In this document: positions 42,075 to 55,185 of the stretch, piece by piece
Layout: each line of letters starts with the position of its first letter
How positions within the stretch are numbered: the first letter of the stretch is position 1
Assembly (NCBI RefSeq): GCF_009914755.1
Contig: NC_060930.1
Direction: 5' to 3' (one strand)
DNA from: the human T2T-CHM13v2.0 reference genome, Homo sapiens
DNA: 64,000 nucleotides
Position numbers and translations under genes: made by a program
Notes under the pieces: generated by a model
The model's database searches: none
What the model was told of the DNA's origin: nothing
Seen by the model: only the letters and a program-made list of their open reading frames with translations

Positions 42075-43085
42075 TAAAAGAGTTTTTTTTAAATTTTATA
42101 ATTACAGAAATTTTGCAAGTACAGTACAAAAAGCTGTTTTCCTAAAACACTTGAAAGTAACTTGCTCTCACCTCCAGGTACCTTAGTGTGCATTTCTTAC
42201 AAAGACATTCTTTACATAACTACAACATAACCTTCAAATTCAAAGCACTAACATTGGTATATTACTACCACAGAATTCTCAGATCCCACTTCAGTTTTGC
42301 CAGTTTTCCAGTAATGCCTTTTATAGCAGAAGGATCCAATCCAAAATCATGTGTTGAATTTAGTGGTTGTATCTCTTTACTCTGCTTCAATCTGGAATGT
42401 TTCTTCGGTATTTGCTTGACTTTCATAAACTGGAAGGGCCAGTTATTTCATAGAGTGTCTCCTAAGGTTGGTTTGTTTGGTGCTTGCTTGTTGTTAGATT
42501 CAGGTTTGGCAGGATTATCACAGAAGTCGTGCTGTCTTCTCATTGTGTTGGTTACTGCATTTCAGTTTGTCCCATGATAATGATGTTCACTTTGGTCACT
42601 TGATTAGGCATGCCTGCCACTGTAAAACTGCATGATATTTTCCATTTTTAATTACTGTTTTTTGTAAGGGGGTACATCAAATGTATGTAAATATCTTGTT
42701 CCTTATTAAAGTATCAATGTATACGTTTGTTTGTTTATATTATTATGGTCTTGTAGTTTAGTAGGTTAAAATCTGACACTATCATTATTTCTTTTGATGC
42801 TCAATTATCCCATATTTGACCAGTGGAAGCTCATTCAAGCCTTTTTGACATACCCCATCATTTGTTGAACGTTTCCTTGGCTTTTTTTTTTTTTTGGCAC
42901 TAATCGTTGTGAGCTCATCTTGTCCTTTTCCTGCTCTAGCTCTGAAATTAGCTACTTCTCCCAGAAGCCTGATTTTTTTTTTTTTTCTTTTTAGTGGAAA
43001 ATGGTATTTAGAAACCAAGGTCTGAATGATGGGTGTGCTTATTGCTATCTGGGTATTGCCGCCACTCACAGGCCCTCTCTGTGTA
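42075..43085 (-). mobile_element. L1MC (L1MC4/5-like) 3' region
   Basis: gacattctttacataactacaac...ggatccaatcc...catttcagtttgtccc...ggtatttagaaaccaaggtctg. Confidence 0.75.
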
Positions 43086-43959
43086 AACAGTCTCTCATCC
43101 CTGCAGCCCTTGCCTCACTCTGCCCCACAGGGACTCCTGCCTCTCACTGTCAGTGCTGATTCCCTGCGTGGCTGTGCTCTGCATTGCCACTCCTCATCCA
43201 CCTTGCCCCTCCCACAGGGAGTCCCATCTCAGCTCTCTCAGATTCTAACACCTTGTGCTGGCCCACAGCCCCATATGAAGTGCTCCTCTCTTGGCTTGGG
43301 CTCTGAAACTCTGTGCCTAGACACCCCCACTCCCCTTCCTGTGGAGACACCCTCTTTACCCAGCTCAGACTTGAATACCCCACTAGGGCTACCACCCCTT
43401 TGAGTGACTATCCTTCTCATGCTAGCCAAGCCCTAGCACCCCACTTTTGGTCACCAGGAATCCTCTGCTGTGCTGTGGATTCCTGCTGTCTTCACCCCCT
43501 TCGAATGCTTTAGGGATGAACTGTTGCTCAATGCTAGTTTGGAAGGTTGACTTAGGAGTTACCTAATGGTTTGCCAAACACAAAACATCTGTGGTCATAT
43601 TCTGAAACCAAGATTCTGGAACACATAATTGAAGAGAAATTATTTCTTAAATGTCCTCATATCAATTTATTTTTTAATGTGAAGATACATATTTTAATAA
43701 GGCAAAACTTTGATGTCTGATTAATTCTGCATTCAGTGAGAAATGAATGTATATTTATAACATATCTTCTGTAAAATATGTATGTACAATAAATTACTTA
43801 GGAGTAAGTTGTCTTCAGAGGATTTTGTGTCCAAAGTAATTCATGATGGAAACTTCAGAATCAAGTACCAGCAGTTTCTCATTTACCTTGCATCATATCT
43901 GTGGTCTTTTAAACAGAACAAAAGTGTAAGGTTGCTCTCATTCTACACATGGAATCTAT

Positions 43960-44700
43960 ACTGATAATCCCAAGTTTGTATTCTAGCCCAGATCTTGCCC
44001 CTGGAACTGGCTGTGAAGCCCTCTACTTTGGATTTCTCTTTTATCTCAATTGTGTTGTGTTAAAACTTTGTCATTGAGATGCCTGTGAGATATCAAAACA
44101 GATGTCAAGTAGGCATCCCCGGGCTTCATGCACCTGTAGCCAGTGTCTGTGTGACATCTGCATTTTGATGTCTCACAGGCATTTCAGACTCGCATGCCCA
44201 CTCCTGAACTCATGATTCCCAATACTGACTGCTCTCCTCAGGCCAAATCTTCTTCCTACGCTCAGTCTTCCCTATGTCAATAAATGGCACAGCCATCCCC
44301 CCCACTAGAGATCTGGAAATTCCCTTGATTCTTGTCCTTTCACCCGCCATGTGGTGCGTCCTGTCTTCTGTTCCTTTCAGCATCTCCTATCACAACCCTA
44401 GTCCAAGCCACCAACATCCTTCACCTGGTCTACTTCTTGCTTCCATTCTTGCCACTTTGGGAATAATTATCCTCACAGCTGCCAAAGTGATATCTGCATA
44501 TCAGATTGTGTCACAATCCAGCTTAAACACACTTAACAAACCACACACTTTTTATCTAGGCTGCATGACCAGCCCCTTGTCCATCTCTGCCTCAGCCACT
44601 TTGGCCCTCTTTCTGTTCCCAGAACATATCAAACTTTTTGCTGCTTTAGAGCTTTTGAACGTTATGTGCTTAGAATATCATTATCTTCCCTCTTCCAAAT
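43960..44700 (+). mobile_element. L2 with an internal inverted segment
   Basis: gatgtctcacaggcatttcagactc...gtcaataaatggcacagccatcc...ctagtccaagccacca. Confidence 0.8.
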
Positions 44701-44932
44701 AGGAGTTTTAAATTCTCACACTAGAATTAAAAGCTAACTGATGTATATGATTTGGGGACTAATTTCTGTTAGAGTATTATTTATTTTTTACTTGAAGGAG
44801 AATCTCTTTGGCAATATGGAATAATTGTTAAACTTAATTTACTATTAAGAAAACAACAAAACCTGCTTCTCACTGTTCTCAAAAGTCTTAATAAAAATGA
44901 ATGTAATTATGACATTAAAAAATATAAAAAGA

Positions 44933-45297
<365 letters not shown>

Positions 45298-45531
45298 CTA
45301 AAGTGTTGTTACCACCAAATTATTACTAGTTTAATTTTCAAATGACTCATTCTAGTAAAGATGAATTTTCATTAAGAGTGCTTGTAAATACTGTAATAAT
45401 TTGTCACATATCTATAATTCAGTACAAGAATATATGCATGGTCTCTCTTGAAATTCACAACCTCGTGAGCACAGAATAGTTCAATGACTCCTGTAACATC
45501 ATTTGGCCAAGTCCAGTTCTCTGGATTCCAC

Positions 45532-45660
45532 CTTCATTCAATAAATGTCATTTGAAGCATACTATGTGTCAGGCACTATGCTAGGAACTTGTGAACAAAA
45601 TGTTCCCTTTATAATCTAGTGGAGGAGACACATCATAAACAGGTAAACCAGCAAATACAT
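45532..45660 (-). mobile_element. L2 3' end
   Basis: ttcattcaataaatg...tactatgtgtcaggcactatgctagg. Confidence 0.75.
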
Positions 45661-47097
45661 ATGTATGGTTTGAGGGCTGTTTTTCTTTGCTCAGCACAGA
45701 CTGTTTTTATGGGGCCAGCACCATACTGAACTTCCAAACCCACCTTTGGATATGAAATATAAAGGAAAGGAAGAGTCAGAGGCTCCTTAGCATATTCATT
45801 CATAGGACGTCAAGTATTTGGTTCAGCATGAAATATTTTATTGTTTTGTAGATAATCTACCCCCTAGGGACTGAAAGCTCATCCCTACCACCCTATGTGG
45901 AATGCAATTCAATGGAATGGAAGGACTTGCAGAATTATCCTCAAGGGAAGCAGAAGGAAAGGGGTTACTCTGAGGAACAGAGGGCAAGCAGGGAGTTAGG
46001 GACCATTAGGGGCTGGAAAGAAGAAAGGTTTGACCTCAAAGAGAGGGTTTTTCTTTTCCTAGTGAGCACATAATAAGGTACTAAGGACTGGGGGATTTGG
46101 GAGAATGAGCAGAAGGTTCCTGTGTACCCTGTGAGACTAAAAGATAAAATTCAAACCTGGAGGGATGCATCCTTTAATATGTTCTCCTCACTTTCGTGTG
46201 CTTGACTTGCCAATAACAAGCTTCATTATTAACGAATTGCACCATTCCTTGGTGAAGAAATCAGCTCTATATAATGAAAACAAAACTATTTACCAGTACT
46301 TAGAGAAAGAGCTGAAGTCTCCGTAACATGGCAGATCCTTACATTTTGAAAGGATGTGGGGGTCTCTTTGAGCCCTACTTTCGTCGTTTACTAAATTACG
46401 AGAAATCTATCCACCCCTCCCATGCTCACGAGATATCCTTCCTCTACCCACATGTCATGAAACCCTCCTTTTCCTGCTGCCACTAGACAGTTATTGAAGG
46501 GTGTCTGAGGTTGCGCCCAAACCTAAAAGAAAAATCTGTGATATGATGTGTAGCTGAATTATTGTGCTATGTGTATGTAAGGAAGTGTCACAGTATGCAA
46601 GCATTATTAGTGAAAATTCATTATCTGTGTTGAAACAAGTCATTTGAAAATCAAACTAGTAATAATTTGGTAACAATGATACTTTGAATTCTTCTTTCAG
46701 GGTTTCAAAGTGTTTTATATACCAAATATTTTCTAAATATTGTGGCTTTTTTTCTTTTTATCATTAAAATGATAATAAAAATCAATGTAATTATGACATT
46801 TAAGATTTTTTATTTTGGAAGCAGTTGGACGCAGGCTTTTTCTTGTTGTTTTCTTAATAGTATATTGAATTTAACAATTACTTTATACTAAATGCTACCA
46901 CAGTTCTTCATTATCAAATAAATGATGCTGTAAGAGAACAGAAATTAGTACTAAATTATACTCATCAGCCAGCATTTGATTCTAGTGTGAAGATTCAGAG
47001 ATTGTATTTCACTAAGAAAAACATTATTATGATTCATAGTCACTAAGCCTCATGCTTATTAGTGGATTAAATTTTTAGTTTTGATTATAGGATGGAT

Positions 47098-47137
47098 TTC
47101 TCTCTCTCTGTCTCTCTCTCTGTGTGTGTGTGTGTGT
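47098..47137. repeat. (CT)n(GT)n microsatellite
   Basis: tctctctctgtctctctctctgtgtgtgtgtgtgtgt. Confidence 0.9.
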
Positions 47138-47184
47138 CTATACATATAGTCAATTAACAGCAAGTCTCTAGGAATGTAAGAACC

Positions 47185-48022
47185 AATAACATATTCAAAA
47201 CTAAACTCTTTCTTCAAACAGCTTCTTTTCATTTGTTCTTATTACAGTAAAAGGTGCCATCATCCATCCAATTGCTCAAGCCAGCAACTGGGCATCATCT
47301 TGATAGCTGCTCATCTTTACTGCCCACACCCAGTGTCAAGGTCTTCGTATTCTGTCTTCTAAATAGCTGTCTGTTCTGTCTACTCTGTTCACCCTAGTGA
47401 CTGCCACCCTGGTTCAAGCTGCTATCATCTCTTTCCTGAGTTACTGTAGGGGCTTCTTAAATGGCCTTCCTACATCTATTTTTTGCCCCTTTCCATACAG
47501 CAGCATGAATATTATAAAAATGCAAATCTGATCCTCTTCTATCTCTGCTAGAAGAGATCATCATGGTGTCTCCTAAGATAGAGTTCAGACTCCTTAATAT
47601 GATCTATGAAATCTCAGATGGTCTTGCCCTGCTATCTTTTCACTCACCTGCCTGCCCAAGCCACATTGTTTTTCATTCATTTCTTTGAAACCAGGTACTC
47701 CAGTATTTGAGACTTGGCACATGCTAGTCTTCCCTTCCTTCCCTGCACTATCTCAGTTTCAAGTCACTTCCTCAAACTGCCTTCTAAAACCTTCCAGACT
47801 AAGATTGCCCACCTTGATATTCACTTCCATACCATGCTACATTTTCTCTTTTTAATACATATCATATGTATAATTGTTTGTTTAATTTCTGCCTTTCCAC
47901 TCAAGATTTAGATCTAAGAAGGTGAGGATCAAGTCTGAGTTGTTCATCATTTTATCCCTGGGCCCCTGGCAGAGTGATTGACACATAGTAGATGCTAATT
48001 AAATATTTGTTAGATGAATGAA
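47185..48022 (+). mobile_element. L2 (L2a-like)
   Basis: aacatattcaaaactaaactc...ccatcatccatccaattgctcaagccag...acacatagtagatgct...aaatatttgttagatgaatgaa. Confidence 0.82.
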
Positions 48023-48511
48023 AATAAATAAATGCAACAAATGAGTGAGTGTATGAAAGACTGATTTGAATGTCACTCAAACACTTTTGGTGTTGAATTA
48101 TTCTGACAATCTGAGTTTGAAAAAAATAAAATTATGAAAATTTGAGCACAAATGGGTGGTGCTTTTTAAAAGTTAGTTTGAAAATATCAACAGCTTTATC
48201 TACCCAGGTTGAAGTTGATTTAGCAACATGTAAGTGTGTATAGAAAGAATCTTTTAGGTGGAGAAATTTAAATATACTGGCAAGCCCTGAACAAGTGGAA
48301 AGGATTCTTTATGAATTCTTTGTATTATATGGAAGGTAAAATCTAGAACAGATTTTTCCTCTACTCAAAGGCTACAACATATCTAACAAACAACTCTTTA
48401 ACCATTTAAAGGCTATCCAGTATCATAACTTTACACTTTATGGACCTTTGCTTATTAAGGATGAAGCAAAACCAGGAAGTAGACATACACACACAAAATT
48501 TTAAAAACTCC

Positions 48512-49020
48512 AAAGTCATTTCTCATTCTTGATCATATGTAGATGAACTTCTTAAGGAAAGACCTTGGCTTTTCGTTTTCAGAGTATTGCACAAAACCTT
48601 GTCCTGGTTGATATTCATAATCAAACAAGTCAAATAGTTGTCATAAACTCCAACGCATATGTATACTCAAAGTCTTCACTCCAACTTCGCTTGCTCTTAA
48701 TTTGCACACATCCATAAGCCTGTTTACTTTGTTATCTCATTTCCAGGGCCACAGCAAATTAAAACCCTTGGTCATGAATTGGGCAGGAAAAGACAGTTGC
48801 AGTATTGGCCTAGTGTCCATCTCTTCCTCCTCCAGACTCCTGCAGACCTTCACTAGTGTGAGCACACTAACCACATTCACCTCTTGGCATGATTATGCTT
48901 TAAAAAGTCATTTCTCATTCTTGATCATATATAGATAAGCTTCTTAAGGAAAGACTGGCTTTTCACACAGCTGTCAGAGGATTGCACAAAACCATGTCCT
49001 GGTTGATATTCATAATCAAA
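48512..49020. repeat. ~115-bp direct repeat pair (48512-48625 and 48904-49020)
   Basis: aaagtcatttctcattcttgatcatat...gtcctggttgatattcataatcaaa occurs twice, with a 278-bp spacer. Confidence 0.95.
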
Positions 49021-49279
49021 ACACACCAAAACAACTCTGAGTCATCAAAAGAAAATCAAATGATGTTTAATATTGTTTGAGGAGACAAGAATGAAGTAGT
49101 ATTATTTCCATCACAAATAATGAAAGTAAAAAGCTTTTATTCTAAAGAGATGAATACAAAATTATTGCTTTTTTCTAGAGCCACTCATGAACCAGAGAGT
49201 GTCCCAGAGCTCAAATTTTATGATTTACTACTTCTAATTCTTAGATGTATGATTTGCAAACCTTTAAAATTCAGTCTAG

Positions 49280-49545
49280 TTCATAGCAACCTGTGAGGAA
49301 GGGAGGATAAATATTCCCACTTTACGAATAAAAACCTGAAGTCATTGCTTAAATTATTACCTCAAGGTTATTGCTATTAAGGGTGGAGTTGAGATGAGAA
49401 CTTTTAGTTGGCTTAGAGTACATTTAGTCATGACAGCAATGTAGCATTGTGATAAAATCACAGGCTTTAGAGTCAGAAAGATCTGGGTTTGGGTCCTTCC
49501 TTTGGTCACACAGTCACAGTGGGCAATATGCTTAACCTCTTTAGA
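49280..49545. mobile_element. Two MIR fragments (minus then plus)
   Basis: catagcaacctgtgagg...cccactttac; caggctttagagtcagaaagatctgggttt...gggcaa..tgcttaacctct. Confidence 0.6.
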
Positions 49546-49559
49546 TAAGGGCAATTTCT

Positions 49560-50377
49560 TTTTATAAAATTAATATATAATATTTTACATATTTCTGGGG
49601 TACATGTGATATTTTGTTATGCATAGAATGTGTAATGGTCAACTCAGAATATTTAGGGTATCCACCACCTCAAATTTTTCTCATTTGTATGTATTGGGAA
49701 CATATCGAGTCCTCTCTTCTAGCTATTTTGAAATGTACGATACGTTGTTGTTAACTATAGCTGCCCTACTCTGCTATTGAACATGAGAACTTATTTCTTC
49801 TATCTAACTGTATGTTTATACCCATTAACCAACACTTCTACATACCACCACTCCCCCTCAGTCTCTTCCTAGCCTCTGGAATCCACCATCCTAGTCTCTA
49901 CCTCTGTGAGATCCAATTTTTTAGCTCCCACATATGAGTGATAGCATGCAATATTTGTCTTTCTGTGCCAGACTTATTTCGCTTAACATAATGACCTCCA
50001 GTCCCATTCATGTTGCTGCAGATGACATGGTTTTACTATTTTTTGTGGCCAAATAGTATTCCATTGTGTGTATATACCATGTTTTCCTTATCCATTCATC
50101 TGTGGATGGACAGTTAGGTGGATTCCATATCTTTGCTATTGTGAATAGTGCTGCAATAAACATGGGAGTACAGGCATCTTTTTGATATACTAATTTCTTT
50201 TCCTTTGGATCAATAACCAGTAGTGGGATTGCTGGATCATATGGTATTTCTATTTTTATGTTTTTGAGAAATGTCCATACTGTTTCGCATAGTGGATGTA
50301 CTAATTTACATTCTTACTGACAGTGTATAGGACTTCCCTTTTCTGTGCAGCCTCTCCAGCATTCATTATTTTTTGTC
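49560..50377 (-). mobile_element. L1MA (L1MA3-like) 3' end
   Basis: ggggtacatgtgatattttg...ctagctattttgaaat...tctatctaactgtatgttt; TSD tagatRWgggcaatttct at 49542-49559 and 50378-50395. Confidence 0.9.
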
Positions 50378-50558
50378 TAGATGTGGGCAATTTCTGATCA
50401 ATTATTAGTCATGTGATACAAACACATATCAATGTGGCAAAGTATGAACTAGAGCTGCAAGAGGGAATCTTTGTGGAATCAAGTAATTGAATTTCCTTTG
50501 GCTCCTGACACCAGAGCATCAGGAATTAAACCAAAAACATTTACTCAGTGACACCACT

Positions 50559-50944
50559 TGTCTTAGTCTGTTCTTGCTCCTATAACAAAATACCACAGAC
50601 TAATTTATGAACAACAGAAATTTATTTTTCTTAGCTCTGGAGGCTGGGAGACTCCAAGATCAAGGCCAGCAGTTTCAGTGTCTGGTGAAAGCTGCTCTCA
50701 GCTTCCAAGATGGTGCCACACATGGTGGAAGGTGGTGCTACACATGGTGGAAGGTAGAAAGGCAAAAGGGATGAAGGCTATATGAAGCTTCTTTTATAAG
50801 GACATTAATCCTCTCCATGAAAGTGGAGCCCTCATGATCTAATCACCTCCTAAAGGCCTCACTTCTTAGCATTATCACATTGGTCATTAACTTTCAACAT
50901 ATGAATTTGAATTTTGGTGGAGGGGACACATTCAGACTATAGCA
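50559..50944 (-). mobile_element. MaLR LTR (MLT1A-like)
   Basis: tgtcttagtc...gcttccaagatggtgcc...ggacacattcagactatagca; 5-bp TSD ccact/ccacc. Confidence 0.88.
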
Positions 50945-51027
50945 CCACCTCTCTGTATTTTAGTAAGTTGTTTTAATCTCTCTTTTATTTCTTTATATAT
51001 AACATTGGAATAATACTAATACCTACT

Positions 51028-51380
51028 TGTATCAGTCAGAATAGGTTATGTGCAGTAAAAACAACCCCTAAATATCAGTATTTAAAACAACAAAGGTGAA
51101 TTTCTCACTTACTCATGTCCATTGTGATTTGGCCAGTCCCTCTTCCACATCATCCTTACCTGAGAACTTGAGTTGATTGACCCATTGCTATCTGGAAGGT
51201 TGTTGGTCACCATGGCAAGGGGAAGGGATCATGTCATGTCACACACTAGCTCTTAAAGTTTTTCACCAGGAAGAGAGGAACATCTCTCCACTCACATTTT
51301 TCTGACCAAAGTAAGTCACCTCTCTATGCCTAACTTCATGGAGTTGGGAAATTGCAATTAAACAATGGACCTCCGGGAAT
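51028..51380 (-). mobile_element. Old MaLR LTR (MLT1I/J-like)
   Basis: tgtatcagtcagaataggttatg...aacaacccctaaat...caccaggaag...ctcacatt...aagtcac. Confidence 0.75.
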
Positions 51381-51883
51381 ATGTGACTTCAGTTGGCACT
51401 TTCATCTTAAATATATTATTCTGGCCTGTGAGCTCCTCTGGAGTAAAGATTCTGACATTCTTCAGCCTCGGGTCCTTAGCTCCCAGCAATGTCTTCAAGT
51501 AACAGTGAGTGAAGAACAGACTGAGTGAACAACAAAAAACGTTGTCCCATTTAAAGGAATTCTAGGTATAGGGAGAGCACAAGGGGACGTTTTCTCAGTG
51601 CAGGGCCCGCTGAAATCCCACGCTTGTTGTCTTTCCCTTCCTACTCATTTCTTCTTCCATCCTTCATGGCCAGGCTGTGACCACTGGGCAAGCACCAAGG
51701 AGTCTCCCTGATCCTAGAGGACATGCTGGAGACTGCTGCCTCAAGTCATGTTTCTCTAGTAACAGCATTCCTTTCCCCACCTCCTTCCACCTTCCAAAAA
51801 GAATCTTTCTTGTTTTAGAAAGTCCCCTCCCCTTCTGTTTCATCTGAGTAGAGGCTGCATCTGTGCCAGAAATTCTTTCAGCT

Positions 51884-52070
51884 CAGTGGCTCTCAAACCT
51901 CAGCAGGCATCAGAATCACCTGGAGGACTTATGAAACCAGTTTGCTGGGCCCGCTTGGTCCAGCGCTTCTGATTCAGTAGGGAGAAGTGGAACCATGAAT
52001 TTGCATTCCCGACAAGCTCACAGGTTATACCAGTGTTGCTGGCCCGAGGATTGTATTTTGGGCAGCATTA
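51884..52070 (+). mobile_element. MER5A (hAT-Charlie)
   Basis: cagtggctctcaaac...gcatcagaatcacctggagg...tctgattcagtagg...gaatttgcatt. Confidence 0.88.
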
Positions 52071-52164
52071 CTCCATCTGAACTCTTCTTGTTCTCTTACC
52101 TCCTTACGTCCCAAGACTCGCGGATGTTAGTTTATTCTCAGGTACTGGTTTTACTTAGATTTTT

Positions 52165-53054
52165 TTGTTTGTTTTTTAAATTGAAATTGTATGTATTTAA
52201 GGTGCATAACATGATGTTTTGATATACATATACACAGTAAACTGATTACTATAGTCAAGCTAATTAACACATCCATTCCTTCACAGTTACCTTTGTGTGT
52301 GTGTGTGTGTGTGTGTGTGCATGCGTACATGTTAAGAACACTTAAGATCTACTCTTAGCAAATTTTAAATATGTAACATAGTATTTTTAACTCTATGTAG
52401 TCCCTTGGTGTACATTACATCTCTAGAACTTACTCATCTTAACGTAACTAAGACTTTGTACCCTTTGACCATCTCCCATTCCTCCCTTCACCCCTGGTCA
52501 CCACCATTCTACTCTCTGCTTCTATGAACTTGATGTTTTTAGATTCCATGTAAGTGAGATCATACAGTATTTTTCTTTTTGTCTGGCTTATTTCACTTAA
52601 CATAATGTCTTCCAGATTGACTCATGTTGCCACAAATGGGAGGCTTGCTTTCTTTTTAAAAGCTAAGTAATGTTTTATTGTGTGGGTGTGTGTATATATG
52701 TATATATACATGTTTATCACATTTTCTTTATTCATGTGTCACTGGACATTTAGGTTGATTCTATATATCTTGGCTATTGTGAATAATGCAGCAATGAAAA
52801 TGGGATTGCAGATATCTCTTCAACATACTGATTTTATTTCTTCGGATAAATACACAGAAGAGAGATTGCTGGATCGTATGGTAGTCCTGTTTTTGATTGT
52901 TTGAGGAACCTTCATACTTTTTAATAATGGCTGTACTAATGTACATCCCTACAGTGTACAAGGGTTCCCTTTTCTCCATATCCTTGCCAGCACTTATCTT
53001 TTGTCTTTTTGGTAATAACCTTCCTGAAAGGTGTGAGGAGATATCTCATTATAG
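52165..53054 (-). mobile_element. L1MA (L1MA8/9-like) 3' end, including a (TG)n tract at 52294-52320
   Basis: aattgtatgtatttaaggtg...agtcaagctaattaaca...gaacacttaagatctactcttagcaaattt. Confidence 0.88.
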
Positions 53055-53349
53055 TTTTTTATTTTTTTTAAGATGGAGTGTCACTCTGTTGCCCAAGCTG
53101 GAAGGTAGTGGTGCGATATCGACTCACTGCAACTTCCGCCTCCGGGGTTCAAGTGATTCTACTGCATCAGCCTCCTAAGCAGCTGGGACTAAAAATGCAT
53201 GCCACCACACCCAGCTAATTTTTGTATTTTTAGTAGAGGGGGTTTCACCATGTTGGCCAGGCTGGTCTTGAACTCCCTACCTCAAGTGATCTGCCTGCCT
53301 CGGCCTCCCAAAGTGCTAGGATTACAGGCATGAGCCACCACACACAGCC
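53055..53349 (-). mobile_element. AluS
   Basis: Full dimer, reverse orientation, inserted in the L1MA. Confidence 0.95.
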
Positions 53350-54984
53350 TTATTGTACTTTTTAATGTTGCTTTTGAACTGTTGAAATGATCCTAATTAT
53401 TTCTCCTTGGGATATCATAATACTCGTGTCTTTTATGTGTCTTCCTGAATGTTGTTTTGATTGTTACGGACTGCAAATTCCAAAACATGGGAACTGTTTT
53501 GTACCAGAAGGCCTTAGAGAGGGTTTCCCACTCAGCATTTAATGCAAGTTGCATATGGCCAAAATAGTGAAGGCATTTGGACCCTTTCAACCAACTATTT
53601 AAAAAACTTATATGAGTGTTCTTATTATATTTCTGGTATCTTGCTAGTTAGCCAGTTGGCATTTTTGAAATCATTAAAGAGAAGTATTGTAGAAGATAAG
53701 ATTAATGTATCTATAATTTTGACATGGAATTTTATCATTTAGTTGACTAAGCTAGAAATTCATAGTTGTAGCTCTCAAATTGAACTTGGCATAACAACAA
53801 AGTAATTTGACTTTTTAGAATAAAGATGTATGTGACTTTGAAGAAATGAAAGGCTGTATTTTAAGTGGCCTTCTATCTGGGGTAATACTTAATAGATGAG
53901 GAAAATTAAAATTATATTTAGTTAGACCACGGAGTGAGCTCTTTTTCGAATGGCTTATCTGGGTATTTTCTCTATGTATATCTGTTCTCCATGTGCCTCT
54001 TGTTACTACAGGGACATTTGTGTTGCTGAGTCAGCAGCTGAATATAGACAGCTGTGTATATTTTGGTATCTATCTATTATTCCAGCCATGTGTACATGTG
54101 AAAAAGTCTCAAATAAATGAGATCGCTTACCACATTGTCTTTATGTTCACTTAACATATTTACTGAACATTTCTTCCTGTCACTAAATGATTTCTTACAT
54201 TTAAATGATTACATAGAATTCCTTTATTTGAATACACCCTAATTAGTTGGAAAATCGTTGCTTTAAAATAATTGAAAGAAAAAAAGTACATGTTGCCGAA
54301 TTACCCCCTAGAAAGGGAGAAAAATATACATACAAATGTTGCTAACAAAAAACCTTTTGTTAATATTTCCATGTGATACTTTAGGAAGAAAATGAAATTT
54401 TAAACCTGCTTAGGTTTAAAAACATCTGTCAGTTTGGGGTGATAGGGGTCATTTTTTAGTATTCTCTTAGCTTTGGAGACAGATGATCCAATCTATAGCA
54501 ATAAAGAGAAAAAACACCAGAAATTATGCCTCCAAATAATAAGATACATAAGAAACTAAACAGATTAAATGTTGCCACCATTACATGCTATTTGGAATGT
54601 TTGAGCTTGATTTACGCATTAGGTGGTATGTGTTTGTTTTCGCTTCTGTTTTGAGCTATTTGAATACTTCTCACATACAGTTTTGATAATTTCTTATAGA
54701 AGTGAGTTCCTATAAAGGTTATAAGTTGAACTTATTTGGTCCTCACCAACAGTTGCAAGTTATCAAAGACAGGGCACTGTGCTATGCAATTCAGAGACCC
54801 ATTTGATTTCTTTAAATAACATATTTTTAAAATTTTTTCTTTAGCATATTTTTTCTAACTGCATTCTAAATTCATAAAGTCTTCTTTCTTTCTCATCTGT
54901 TTTCTCCAAAAATGTTCAATTATGCTTCCTTCTCCTAATCCTTTTTCTGTTAATTAATTTGTGGCATTATGAAGGGGAAATTGT

Positions 54985-55185
54985 GTGTTCTTTAAGCTAA
55001 ACGGATCTGAATTTGAAAGCTTTCCTTCTGCTTCCTGGCTGTGTGACATTGAACAAATTACAGACGTTTTCTGAGCCTCAATGAAATGGAGCAATTTTTC
55101 CTCCTGCATTTTTCTGAAACTAAATACAATAATATATATTGAGTTGCTAAAAACTAAAATCAGGACTCAATAAATGCTAGTTCTC
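54985..55185 (+). mobile_element. MIR
   Basis: ggatctgaatttgaa...ggctgtgtgacattgaacaaatta...ctgagcctca...ctcaataaatgctag. Confidence 0.7.

Noticed and set aside
48512-49020. Miniature LTR retroelement (TRIM-like) interpretation
   Set aside because: No TG...CA termini, primer-binding site, polypurine tract or TSD visible
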